Shown in pieces: positions 28,572 to 37,799 of a stretch of 64,000 nt of DNA. Numbering within the stretch: position 1 is the stretch's first letter; each line of letters starts with the position of its first letter. The stretch is from Parcubacteria bacterium RAAC4_OD1_1 (lineage in GTDB: Bacteria; Patescibacteriota; Minisyncoccia; Phycocordibacterales; UBA9973), in the NCBI GenBank assembly GCA_000505065.1, contig AWSN01000001.1, positions 487,772-551,771 of the forward strand, written 5' to 3'. The position numbers and the translations under genes are program-made. Under the pieces are notes generated by a model. That model had not been told where the DNA came from. It saw only the letters and a list, made by a program, of their open reading frames with translations, and did no database searches.

Positions 28572-29570
28572 TCACGACTTACTATGATATTTCTTATGTA
28601 TATCTTTTAATTGACGATCTGTAATATGTGTATATATCTGAGTTGTAGCAATATTCGCATGGCCAAGCATCATTTGGACCGAGCGAATATCAGCCCCATT
28701 AGAAAGTAAATCTGTTGCAAAAGAGTGACGAATCACGTGGGGGGTCACCTTCTTAGAAATTCCTGCAATAATTGCATATTGGCGAACAATCCTTTCTATA
28801 GAGCGGGGGGTAATTCTTCCTCCGTTACTGTCCAGGCCTTGCCTGGACTTATTATTTTTGGAATACTGAATAAATAATGGCTCATCCATATCTTTTCTAT
28901 TTTTCAAATATTCTCTTATTGCATCCTTGGCGCTATCTGAAAGGAAAACGACACGAACTTTTTCACCCTTTCCACGGATAGAGAATTCATCTTTTGATAA
29001 ATCCAAGTCCCTATTGAGTGAGCAAAGTTCAGAAAGACGAAGCCCTGTCGAGAAAAAAAGCTCCAATATCGCTTTGTCTCGTAAAGATTTCAAATTCCCA
29101 TAGGTCGGACCTAGGGTCTTATTATTTTTACTTTTTGCCCCTAGGTCCGACCTAGGGGAATTTTCCAAAGGTGCTTTTAAAAGCCTATTTAATTCATCAA
29201 CAGAAATAAGATCCAAAGACCTTTCTTTTATCTTTGCAAGCTCTATCCGATCAGGTGGAAGGGAAGTGATACCTCTTTTCATAAGATATTTAAGGAAAGA
29301 ACGAAGAGCAATAAGATGATAATTCTGAGTATTCTTCTTAAGAGTTGCTGATTGTTGCCCACGAACCTTAACCCCAGGCTGACGATTAAGAAAAAGACGG
29401 AATTCACGAATCTTGTCATCATCAATATCTTTTGGATCTGTTATTTTGGAAAAATCAAAAAACCTACTTATATAATGATCATAATTATTGACCGTTTTTA
29501 GACTATTTCCTTTCTCTATTTCTACATGCTCAAGAAATTCTCTTTTCAATTGCTCTAAATAAGATGCCAT
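28572..29570 (-). CDS. XerC/XerD-like tyrosine recombinase carrying three palindrome insertions
   Basis: LRDKAILELFFSTGLRLSEL, GKGEKVR, TPHVIRHSFAT, LGHANIATTQIY. Confidence 0.93.
   Translation of the reverse strand: MASYLEQLKREFLEHVEIEKGNSLKTVNNYDHYISRFFDFSKITDPKDIDDDKIREFRLFLNRQPGVKVRGQQSATLKKNTQNYHLIALRSFLKYLMKRGITSLPPDRIELAKIKERSLDLISVDELNRLLKAPLENSPRSDLGAKSKNNKTLGPTYGNLKSLRDKAILELFFSTGLRLSELCSLNRDLDLSKDEFSIRGKGEKVRVVFLSDSAKDAIREYLKNRKDMDEPLFIQYSKNNKSRQGLDSNGGRITPRSIERIVRQYAIIAGISKKVTPHVIRHSFATDLLSNGADIRSVQMMLGHANIATTQIYTHITDRQLKDIHKKYHSKS
28827..28848. repeat. REP-like palindrome family 2, inside xer
   Basis: ACTGTCCAGGCCTTGCCTGGAC, translated SRQGLDS. Confidence 0.92.
29097..29158. 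repeat. REP-like palindrome family 3, inverted doublet inside xer
   Basis: CCCATAGGTCGGACCTAGGG (29097-29116) and CCCCTAGGTCCGACCTAGGGG (29138-29158). Confidence 0.85.
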
Positions 29571-29629
29571 CCAATCATTGTATCACATACTTTAATGTCG
29601 GAAAACAAAATACAGAAGAGAGTTATTTT

Positions 29630-29770
29630 GCCCGCACACTTAATTTGGTGTAGCTTTTTGGTTCTGCTGTTAAAGTAATTTTGTAATATTGATATATTTT
29701 ATAAACATAAAAGATATTATTATCTAAATATTCTGAAAAAGCAGAACAACACCAAATTAAGTGTGTGGGC
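29630..29770. mobile_element. MITE-like 141-bp element with 22-bp terminal inverted repeats
   Basis: GCCCGCACACTTAATTTGGTGT ... ACACCAAATTAAGTGTGTGGGC (one mismatch), AT-rich interior. Confidence 0.55.
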
Positions 29771-29808
29771 TTGCATTTTTTTGTAATATGTGATACTATA
29801 TAAGGGTC

Positions 29809-30069
29809 ATGTTAACGACCAAGCAAAAACAAAATATTATAAAAAAGAATCAACTTCATGATAAAGATACAGGAAGTCCTGAAGTTCAGATTGCTATTAT
29901 CAGTAAAAAAATTGATGAATTAGCAAGTCACCTTAAGACTCATAAGAAAGATAATCACTCTCGTCGTGGTCTTATAAAGATGGTTGCTGATAGAAGAAAG
30001 CATTTAAAGTATCTAGAAAAGTCAGACAAGGAAAGATTTGATATCCAAGCAAAAAAAATAAAAGCTTAG
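29809..30069 (+). CDS. rpsO: 30S ribosomal protein S15
   Basis: [25 protein letters not shown]. Confidence 0.97.
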   Translation: MLTTKQKQNIIKKNQLHDKDTGSPEVQIAIISKKIDELASHLKTHKKDNHSRRGLIKMVADRRKHLKYLEKSDKERFDIQAKKIKA

Positions 30070-30101
30070 TAAAACATTCCGACCTAGGTCGGAATGTTTT
30101 A
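30070..30101. repeat. palindrome after rpsO containing a permuted family-3 core (also terminator-like)
   Basis: TAAAACATTCCGACCTAGGTCGGAATGTTTTA perfect palindrome. Confidence 0.8.
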
Positions 30102-30123
30102 GTTTGATATAATTAATAACGTA

Positions 30124-30226
30124 AATAAAATAGTCTCTGAGAAATGCCTTGCGCAAGGCGACGGCCCGAGCAGAGCAAATTTCTAGTAAGAAATTATGTG
30201 TGCATTTCGAAGAGATCTATTTTATT
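30124..30226. repeat. structured GACG-loop element, copy 2
   Basis: Imperfect terminal IR enclosing GGC-GACG-GCC and GAGCAAATTTCTAGTAAGAAATT (one mismatch to copy 1). Confidence 0.75.
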
Positions 30227-30282
30227 GGAGTTACAAAAAAAAGGGGGGTCGATAATTTTATAAAAAATAATTTTTAATATAT

Positions 30283-30777
30283 ATGATAATTAAACACAAA
30301 GAACAAAGAGTAGGGGTTTTTATAGACACATCAAATCTATACCACTCCGCTAAAAATTTATATAAAAGAAAAGTAAACTTTGGACAAGTATTAAAAGATG
30401 CTGTAGCGGGGAGAAAACTCGTCCGAGCGATCGCCTATGTCATCACAAGTGAAAATGGTGAAGAAAAAAATTTCTTTGATGCACTAACCAAACTAGGAAT
30501 AGAAACAAAAACAAAAGATTTACAAATTTTCCCTGGGGGTGCAAAGAAGGGGGACTGGGATGTCGGTCTTGCTATTGATGCCCTAAAGATGGCACCACGT
30601 CTTGACGCAGTGGTACTCGTCACAGGTGACGGGGACCAAGTTCCACTTGTAGAATACTTAAAGACAACAAGCCAAGTAGAAGTCGTTTCATTTGATAAAT
30701 CAACTTCAACAAAGTTAATCGAAGTCGCAGATGACTTCCTAGACCTTTCCACAAATCCAAGAAAGTATTTAATATAA
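30283..30777 (+). CDS. NYN/LabA-DUF88 PIN-like nuclease domain protein
   Basis: FIDTSNLY, KGDWDVGLAIDA, VTGDGD. Confidence 0.92.
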   Translation: MIIKHKEQRVGVFIDTSNLYHSAKNLYKRKVNFGQVLKDAVAGRKLVRAIAYVITSENGEEKNFFDALTKLGIETKTKDLQIFPGGAKKGDWDVGLAIDALKMAPRLDAVVLVTGDGDQVPLVEYLKTTSQVEVVSFDKSTSTKLIEVADDFLDLSTNPRKYLI

Positions 30778-30792
30778 AAAAATAGATAGACA

Positions 30793-30830
30793 GCAGAAAT
30801 TCCCTCTTCCAAAAAGAGGGAATTTCTGCT
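30793..30830. terminator. hairpin/terminator after the NYN gene
   Basis: AGCAGAAATTCCCTCTT...AAGAGGGAATTTCTGCT. Confidence 0.75.
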
Positions 30831-30926
30831 ATGCTTTTGGTATTAAGAGTTAACGAGCTAGTATTCAGACAATTAGAGTTGAAACTGCAAAAAGTTTCAA
30901 AACTAGAGTCTGGAGACTAACTCACA

Positions 30927-30960
30927 CCCCACTGTCCAGGCCTTGCCTGGACAGTGGGGG
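30927..30960. repeat. REP-like palindrome family 2, 11 nt upstream of the pnp ATG
   Basis: CCCCACTGTCCAGGCCTTGCCTGGACAGTGGGGG. Confidence 0.95.
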
Positions 30961-30971
30961 AAAAATAATTT

Positions 30972-33101
30972 ATGCAAAGTAAAGAATACGAAGTAGAAGT
31001 AGGTGGCAAGAAAATTGTCGCGATGTTTTCTGATTTAGCAGACCAAGCAAATGGATCTGTGATTTTAAAAAGTGAGGGGACGGTAGTCATGGCGACAGCT
31101 GTCATTTCTAAAGACGAAAGTAAGAGTCTTGGATTCTTTAATCTCACAGTAGAGTACTTGGAAAAATTTTATGCGACAGGTCGCATTTTAGGTGGGCAAT
31201 ATAACAAGAGAGAAGGTCGTCCAAGCGACCAAGCAATCCTTGCTGCAAGAATGATCGATAGAACCATTCGTCCACTTTTTGATCAGCATATAAAAAATGC
31301 TGTTCAGATCATCATCACAGTAATTGCAGTTGGGGAAATGGATCCAAAAGTTTTGGGTATCAACGGAGCATCACTGGCAATCTCTATGTCAGACATACCA
31401 TGGAATGGACCAGTTGGAGCAGTTCATATAAGTAGGACTAGCGGAGACAATAATATAAAAGTAAACAATTATGTTCCATCTTCTGATGAACCAGTTTATG
31501 AGCTTGATTTACTTGTTTGCGGTAAAGATAAAACTATCAATATGATAGAGGCGATGTCTTTTGAATTTTCTGAAGAAGAAATAGGAAAATGTTTTGATAT
31601 GGCATCTGTTGAAATTTCTAAATGGGAAGATTTCCAGAAAAAATTAATGAGTGAATTTGGTAAATCAAAATTAGTTTTTCCTAAACCACAAGTTGAAAAA
31701 GAAGATATCGAACTTTTCAATGAAAAAATAAAACCAATACTCGATGAAAAACTTCTTACAAAAGATAGTAAAAAGGTGGGGGCAAATGCTGAAAAAATAT
31801 GGGATGAGATTTTGGAAGAAAAATATGGTGAAAATGAAGAAAACATAACAAAGAAAAATGCAGCTCTTGATTACTTGCACAATCAATTAGATAAAATGTT
31901 TCACGAAGCTGCCCTTAAAGAAAATAAACGAGCTGATGGAAGAAAAATTGATGAAATTAGAAAATTATATGCAAAAGCTGGTGGAATTTCCAATGTGTTA
32001 CACGGTTCTGGAATATTTTACCGTGGCGAAACTCATGTACTTTCAGTTCTTGCTTTGGGTGGACCTGAAGATATGCAGACCATAGAAGGAATGGAATTTG
32101 AATCAAAAAAGCGTTTCATGCATCACTATAACTTCCCTCCATACTCAGGTGGAGAGACAGGACGCGTCGGCGGAATAAACAGAAGAGAGATGGGCCATGG
32201 CTTCCTCGCAGAGAAAGCTCTCACACCTGTAATACCAGAGAAAATAAATTTCCCTTATACAATTCGTGTTGTGTCAGAATCTACAGCATCAAATGGTTCT
32301 ACATCTCAAGCTTCTATCTGTGCAGCAACACTTGCTCTTATGGATGGAGGAGTGCCCATTAAAACTCCTGTTGCGGGAATTTCTATCGGATTGATGTCTA
32401 GTGAAACAGATGAAAATAAATATGTATTACTTTCTGACATACAAGGTCCAGAAGATCACTATGGTGATATGGATTTTAAAATTGCAGGAACCAAAGACGG
32501 AATCACTGCTATACAACTCGATGTAAAAGTAGGAGGTATAAAAATAAATATTTTAAAAGAAGCACTAATCCGTGCTAAAAATGCGAGACTAGAAATACTC
32601 GATGTAATCACCAAAGAAATTTCTTCTCCAAGACCAAACATCTCAGACAGAGCACCAAAGATACTTACAACTAAAATAAAAAAAGATCAGATCGGTATGG
32701 TTATTGGTCCAGGTGGTAAAAACATAAATGCAATTAGAGAAAAAACTGGAGTAGAAATAACAATAGAAGAAGATGGCACAGTAATAGTCACAGGTAAAAA
32801 TGGAGGAGCTGAAGAAGCTATAAAAATAATCGAAAATATGACTCATGAATACAAAGTGGGTGACACAGCCGAAGGGGTAGTAGTAAAAATTATGGAGTTT
32901 GGAGCTTTTGTAAAAATAGGATATGACACCGAAGCACTTGTGCACATATCTGAGCTTGCACCATTCCGTGTTGCCAAAGTTTCTGATATTATTAAGGAGG
33001 GAGACAGTGTCCCAGTGAAAGTCATCAAACTAGATGAAAAAGGAAGATTGAGTCTTTCTATAAAAGAAGCAGATCCAACATTCTTCAAAAAAGAAAATTA
33101 A
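30972..33101 (+). CDS. pnp: polyribonucleotide nucleotidyltransferase
   Basis: KREGRPS, RADGR, HHYNFPPYS, SNGSTSQAS, GDMDFK, KH and S1 domains. Confidence 0.98.
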   Translation: MQSKEYEVEVGGKKIVAMFSDLADQANGSVILKSEGTVVMATAVISKDESKSLGFFNLTVEYLEKFYATGRILGGQYNKREGRPSDQAILAARMIDRTIRPLFDQHIKNAVQIIITVIAVGEMDPKVLGINGASLAISMSDIPWNGPVGAVHISRTSGDNNIKVNNYVPSSDEPVYELDLLVCGKDKTINMIEAMSFEFSEEEIGKCFDMASVEISKWEDFQKKLMSEFGKSKLVFPKPQVEKEDIELFNEKIKPILDEKLLTKDSKKVGANAEKIWDEILEEKYGENEENITKKNAALDYLHNQLDKMFHEAALKENKRADGRKIDEIRKLYAKAGGISNVLHGSGIFYRGETHVLSVLALGGPEDMQTIEGMEFESKKRFMHHYNFPPYSGGETGRVGGINRREMGHGFLAEKALTPVIPEKINFPYTIRVVSESTASNGSTSQASICAATLALMDGGVPIKTPVAGISIGLMSSETDENKYVLLSDIQGPEDHYGDMDFKIAGTKDGITAIQLDVKVGGIKINILKEALIRAKNARLEILDVITKEISSPRPNISDRAPKILTTKIKKDQIGMVIGPGGKNINAIREKTGVEITIEEDGTVIVTGKNGGAEEAIKIIENMTHEYKVGDTAEGVVVKIMEFGAFVKIGYDTEALVHISELAPFRVAKVSDIIKEGDSVPVKVIKLDEKGRLSLSIKEADPTFFKKEN

Positions 33102-33112
33102 AAAAACAAAAT

Positions 33113-34000
33113 ATGCAAGAAGAAAATACAGTAAAAAAAAATATAGAAAAAATAATTAGAACATATACTTCTGATATGGCTCGTGTTATGAAAGAAAAAG
33201 AAACTTCTGTAATAAAAATTGCTGTTGCTCAAAAAGAAAAAGAAGGTGCTGGAATAATAAAAATAGGGAAAAATACAATTGATAAAAAAAATAAAGATTC
33301 GTCAAAAATTTTATTTGTTATTGGAGGTGTAATTCTTATTATAATTGCTGTTTTTGGTTTTTATTATTTAAAAGAAAAAAAACTTGAAATAGATAATCCA
33401 ATAATAGAAAACACAGACCCAGAAACTAAAATATCTTATGATGTGAAATCATATCTCACAATCTCAAACATAACGACTATTTCTGATATCGTAAACTTTA
33501 TAACAACAGAAAAAACAAAAACAGAAAAAGAAAGATCGATAAAATCAATCTTTATAAACAGAATAACAGAAGAAAGTGGAGAGCTCTCCAACATAAAAAC
33601 TCTTGATTTTCTATCTATTATAAAAACATCAGCTCCTTCTCCACTTCTTAGGTCTTTATCAGATAATTTTATGACTGGTATATTTTACAAAACAAATAGC
33701 CAACATCTATTTATAATATTAGAAACAACAAATTATAATCAAGCATATGCCTCAATGTTATCTTGGGAAAAAACATTACTTGATGATATGATAAATCTTT
33801 TTAATATTAAAATAGAAAATAAAAAGATTCTTGAAAACAAATGGAAAGATGTGATCATAAACAATAAAGATGTAAGAATAATCCACGGGGAAGATGGGCA
33901 AGGGATTCTATATTATCTATTTTTAGATAAAACAACTCTATTAATCACAGATGATGTGGATACAATCAAAGAAATAATTACAAGGTTTCAAATAAAATAA
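33113..34000 (+). CDS. conserved hypothetical single-TM protein
   Basis: IRTYTSDMA N-terminal motif, one TM helix, AYASMLSWE. Confidence 0.7.
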   Translation: MQEENTVKKNIEKIIRTYTSDMARVMKEKETSVIKIAVAQKEKEGAGIIKIGKNTIDKKNKDSSKILFVIGGVILIIIAVFGFYYLKEKKLEIDNPIIENTDPETKISYDVKSYLTISNITTISDIVNFITTEKTKTEKERSIKSIFINRITEESGELSNIKTLDFLSIIKTSAPSPLLRSLSDNFMTGIFYKTNSQHLFIILETTNYNQAYASMLSWEKTLLDDMINLFNIKIENKKILENKWKDVIINNKDVRIIHGEDGQGILYYLFLDKTTLLITDDVDTIKEIITRFQIK

Positions 34001-34039
34001 CTTGGTCGTTTAAAAGATAAATGCTAAAATAAAATCATT

Positions 34040-34405
34040 ATGATGGATACAAATATTTACAAAAAAAAATTAGAGGAAGAAAAAAAAGTTTTATTAGAAG
34101 AATTAGGAGGAATCGGTAAGGTAGACAAAAATGGAGATTGGGATGCAGTCCCAGAAGGAGAAATGTCTTCTCAAGAAGTTCAAGATGAAGCTGACATGGC
34201 AGACAAAGCCGAAGACTATGAAAAAAGATCTAGCATTCTAAATTCTTTAGAAAAAAGACTCGCTGATATAAACAATGCTTTAAAAAAAATAGAAAACAGT
34301 ACTTATGGTGCTTGTGAAGTTTGTGGAAATGAAATAGAAGAAGACAGGCTAGAAGTAAATCCTTCTGCGAAAACATGTAAGATTTGTATAGATAAAAAAG
34401 ATTAA
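34040..34405 (+). CDS. TraR/DksA C4 zinc-finger protein
   Basis: DEADMA coiled-coil tip; YGACEVCG...RLEVNP...CKIC. Confidence 0.9.
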   Translation: MMDTNIYKKKLEEEKKVLLEELGGIGKVDKNGDWDAVPEGEMSSQEVQDEADMADKAEDYEKRSSILNSLEKRLADINNALKKIENSTYGACEVCGNEIEEDRLEVNPSAKTCKICIDKKD

Positions 34406-34443
34406 CAAAAAATAAAGGCCCTTTTTAGGGTCTTTATAATTAT

Positions 34444-36009
34444 ATGTCATTTGGAAAAGTATATGGTGCTCAAACGCACTTACTAAAAGGGAAAATAGTG
34501 ACAATTGAAGTTGATATCACAAAAGGTACACTTCATGCCTTTACTCTTGTGGGTCTTCCTGATAAAGCTGTCGATGAGTCTAAAGATAGAATGAGCTCAG
34601 CTCTCAAGAACTCTGGATATAATTCTCCTAAAAACCAAAACCAGAAAATAGTTATATCACTTTCACCAGCCGATCTTAAAAAAGAAGGACCGTATTTTGA
34701 TCTTCCTATTGCTTTAGCATATTTACTTTCGGCAGAAGAAATAAATTTTGACCCTGAGGGTAAGATATTTCTAGGTGAGCTTTCTTTGAATGGAGAACTG
34801 AAGCCCATAAAAGGATCTCTTCCTTTAGTCCAAGAAGCAAAGAAAATGGGTTTTAAAGAAATATTTCTACCTAAAGATAATGAAAAAGAAGCAGCCCTTG
34901 TAGATGGAGTAGATATATATGGTGCAAAAAATTTAAAAGAAGTAATAGATCATATTAATACACCTAAAATTAAAAAAGGTGAAAAAGAAAATAATCTAAA
35001 AAATAAAATACAAAAAGCAAATAAAACAGAAATTATCAAAAAGAAAAAAGAAGGTGGAATAGATTTCTCTGACATCAAAGGCCAAGAGGGTGCCAAGCGT
35101 GGGCTTATGATCGCAGCTTCTGGTGGGCACAATATCGCTATGTATGGGCCCCCAGGGACTGGGAAGACAATGCTCGCTAGAGTATTTTCAAATATCTTAC
35201 CAGACTTAGATTTGGATGATTGCCTTGAGATAACAGGAATACATTCTATATCTGGAATATTAGAAGATGAAATAATTACCGAGCCACCATTCCGCTCGCC
35301 ACATCACACTGCAAGCTATGTATCACTCATCGGTGGAGGAGCAAATATAAAACCAGGAGAAGTTACTCTTGCTCATAAAGGAGTACTCTTCTTAGATGAA
35401 TTCCCTGAGTTTGAAAAAAGAGTTTTAGAGTCACTTCGTCAACCACTTGAAGACAATATAGTTTCTATCTCTCGTGCTAAAGGCTCAGCAACATTTCCAT
35501 CAAATTTTATTTTAATTGCCGCGATGAATCCTTGCCCGTGTGGCAACAAAGGAAGTAAGCAAAAGCAATGCATCTGCAAACCAAGTGACCTAGATAGATA
35601 CAAAAGGAAATTATCAGGCCCTATAATGGACCGCATAGATATATGGGTCAATGTATCTAATGTTGATTATGATAAATTGGCAGATGATAATGGTGAAGGA
35701 GAGAAGACAGAAATGATAAAACAAAAAGTTTTAAAAGCGAGAGAAATACAGAATAAAAGATTTAGTGGTACCCAAAGAAAAATAAAAACAAACAGTGATA
35801 TAAATGTAAAAGAATTAAATATTTATGCTCCCCTTGATGAAGAAACAAGAAAAATTTTAAATCAAAGTGCCGAGAGATTACAACTTTCTGCTCGTGCATA
35901 CCACAGGACGATAAAGCTCGCCCGAACCATAGCAGATTTAGAGGGAGAGGATAACATAAAAGCATCACATATACTAGAAGCTTTGCAATACAGACCAAGA
36001 GAAATATAA
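34444..36009 (+). CDS. comM: YifB/ComM Mg-chelatase-like AAA+ ATPase
   Basis: VGLPD, LSPADLKKEG, GPPGTGKTM, PFRSPHH, LFLDEFPEF, AMNPCPCG. Confidence 0.93.
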   Translation: MSFGKVYGAQTHLLKGKIVTIEVDITKGTLHAFTLVGLPDKAVDESKDRMSSALKNSGYNSPKNQNQKIVISLSPADLKKEGPYFDLPIALAYLLSAEEINFDPEGKIFLGELSLNGELKPIKGSLPLVQEAKKMGFKEIFLPKDNEKEAALVDGVDIYGAKNLKEVIDHINTPKIKKGEKENNLKNKIQKANKTEIIKKKKEGGIDFSDIKGQEGAKRGLMIAASGGHNIAMYGPPGTGKTMLARVFSNILPDLDLDDCLEITGIHSISGILEDEIITEPPFRSPHHTASYVSLIGGGANIKPGEVTLAHKGVLFLDEFPEFEKRVLESLRQPLEDNIVSISRAKGSATFPSNFILIAAMNPCPCGNKGSKQKQCICKPSDLDRYKRKLSGPIMDRIDIWVNVSNVDYDKLADDNGEGEKTEMIKQKVLKAREIQNKRFSGTQRKIKTNSDINVKELNIYAPLDEETRKILNQSAERLQLSARAYHRTIKLARTIADLEGEDNIKASHILEALQYRPREI

Positions 36010-36048
36010 AAATACCTAATATAAAATGATAAGAGCCGGAAAGTTCTG

Positions 36049-36201
36049 TTAAGAACTTTCCGGCTCGGTTTCTTTTTCTTTGCTTTCTTCTTCGATTAAT
36101 TCCATACATCTTGGACTTCGCACAGTATTCATTGATATTTTAGGAAACATCAACGGATATCCCCCAATAAAAAACACAAAGGTTTTAAACAGATTTTTCA
36201 T
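36049..36201 (-). CDS. 50-aa small protein not in the ORF track
   Basis: MKNLFKTFVFFIGGYPLMFPKISMNTVRSPRCMELIEEESKEKETEPESS*; TTGACT-16-TAAAAT upstream; 15-bp hairpin 36033-36066 at the stop. Confidence 0.5.
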   Translation of the reverse strand: MKNLFKTFVFFIGGYPLMFPKISMNTVRSPRCMELIEEESKEKETEPESS

Positions 36202-36260
36202 ACGATACTTGTTTTAAAGTTTCCCTGATTTTACTTATTTCCCCAATAAAGTCAAATGAT

Positions 36261-36291
36261 AAAGCCCCGCTCGTACTCGAGCGGGGCTTTT
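36261..36291. terminator. terminator of the M23 gene
   Basis: AAAGCCCCGCTCG-TACT-CGAGCGGGGCTTT. Confidence 0.85.
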
Positions 36292-36309
36292 AGTTTATTT
36301 AAATATTTT

Positions 36310-37479
36310 TTAATAAACCGGTGGCTTCATCGTAGAACCATTACTCTTTATTACCTCAAAGTGTAAGTGTGGACCAGTTGATCTTCCTGTGTTGCCTATT
36401 GTTCCAATCTTTTCTCCTTGGGAAACAGTTGCCCCGAGAGAGACACTGACACTCTGCAAGTGAGCATACTTTGTCTTCATTCCATTTGGATGATCTATCA
36501 CAATATAATTTCCATATCTTCCTCCACAAGAAGAAGCACCTTCTTTACAATAATTTACAACCTTAGTGACCACTCCTGAGGCAGAAGCGACGATTGGAGT
36601 ACCTCTTTTATTACCAATATCAACTCCATAATGGAATGAACCCCATCTTGATCCATAAGGAGAAGTGATAGGCCCTGTTGCTGGACGGATAAAGTATCCA
36701 GAAGGAGCAGAACTTGAAGATGAAGAAGATGAGCTACTAAATGATGGCTTTGTAGATGATGAAGAAACGGCTGAAGGTTTCGTTCCGTTTGGAACATATA
36801 TTATATCTCCTACAGCAAGAGCAGAATCCTTAGAAAGCCCATTATAAACGAGCATATCTTCTAAATCTGCATCGTAAATACTGGCTATCTTTCCTAAACT
36901 ATCACCTTTCTTTACAGTATGTCTAACTCCAGTCACTGGCAAAATATTCAATTTCTGACCGACTTTTATGGTACTTCCTGATAAATTGTTCTCCCATCTA
37001 ATCGTATTTTGAGAAACATCGAAATCTTCAGCTATTTGAGAGAGAGTATCACCTTCTTTTACTATATATTCTGTCATTTGACCATTAGAAACACTCTCTA
37101 TACCACTGCCAAAAAGTGCTCCATTTGAAGAAAGTGCTTCACCTTCAATGATAGACATTTGTGAGCCATCATTAGCATTCTTCATATCTGGGACAGTGGA
37201 TTCAAGTAGGGGCATATTTTGAGTATTGGAAATAAAAAAATCAGTTCCGTATTCATCATTCTCAGCTGCTTGAGTACTTTTACCTATAATTCCTGTCATC
37301 ATATCAGATAAAAAGCTGGCATTTGCCTCAAATGGTATTCCAGCTATCATAGAAAATACAAACAAAGAATAAACAACCTTTCCAAGAAAAGGCTTATAAA
37401 TTAAAGATATTTTCATCTTTTGGTTATCTGTAGAAACAGATTGGCCTAAAGAATCTTCATTGGTTTGTTCTAATTGCAT
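36310..37479 (-). CDS. LysM x2 plus M23 peptidoglycan endopeptidase (true start possibly 37416)
   Basis: YIVKEGDTLSQIA, HTVKKGDSL; HYGVD, YAHL, STGPHLHFE. Confidence 0.93.
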   Translation of the reverse strand: MQLEQTNEDSLGQSVSTDNQKMKISLIYKPFLGKVVYSLFVFSMIAGIPFEANASFLSDMMTGIIGKSTQAAENDEYGTDFFISNTQNMPLLESTVPDMKNANDGSQMSIIEGEALSSNGALFGSGIESVSNGQMTEYIVKEGDTLSQIAEDFDVSQNTIRWENNLSGSTIKVGQKLNILPVTGVRHTVKKGDSLGKIASIYDADLEDMLVYNGLSKDSALAVGDIIYVPNGTKPSAVSSSSTKPSFSSSSSSSSSSAPSGYFIRPATGPITSPYGSRWGSFHYGVDIGNKRGTPIVASASGVVTKVVNYCKEGASSCGGRYGNYIVIDHPNGMKTKYAHLQSVSVSLGATVSQGEKIGTIGNTGRSTGPHLHFEVIKSNGSTMKPPVY

Positions 37480-37660
37480 AAATAAGTTGGCATCTCTGTA
37501 AAGCTTCTCATAAAAGCTAAGCTTCCTTTCAGGAACTGTGGGATAAAACCGAAACGAACCCCACTACCTATAAGGGTACCCCATCTGGGGGAGCCAGTCA
37601 ACAGAGTTATACACAGGGCAAAACTATACATCACTCCACCATATTTGACAAGATTAGGTA

Positions 37661-37690
37661 TTGACAAAATGCCATAAAATATGCTATAAT
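37661..37690 (+). promoter_or_regulatory. consensus sigma70 promoter followed by a structured leader
   Basis: TTGACA-AAATGCCATAAAATATGC-TATAAT; hairpin with C-UACG-G loop at 37698-37774. Confidence 0.75.
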
Positions 37691-37799
37691 ATAATTAGAG
37701 GTGAAATAAGCAAGCTAGTATCTAGGAATTGGTCCTACGGGAGCCAATCGGATGACTAGCCCTTGATTTCGCTCAATGTACTTTTAAATTCATATAAAC

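Noticed and set aside
28572-29570. Tyrosine recombinase as a prophage/ICE integrase
   Set aside because: XerC/D-type sequence among housekeeping genes with no phage genes; a link to the tRNA-Pro repeat is not supported.
35762-36109. 115-aa minus-strand ORF
   Set aside because: Mostly antisense to comM; the 50-aa ORF in another frame fits the promoter and terminator better.
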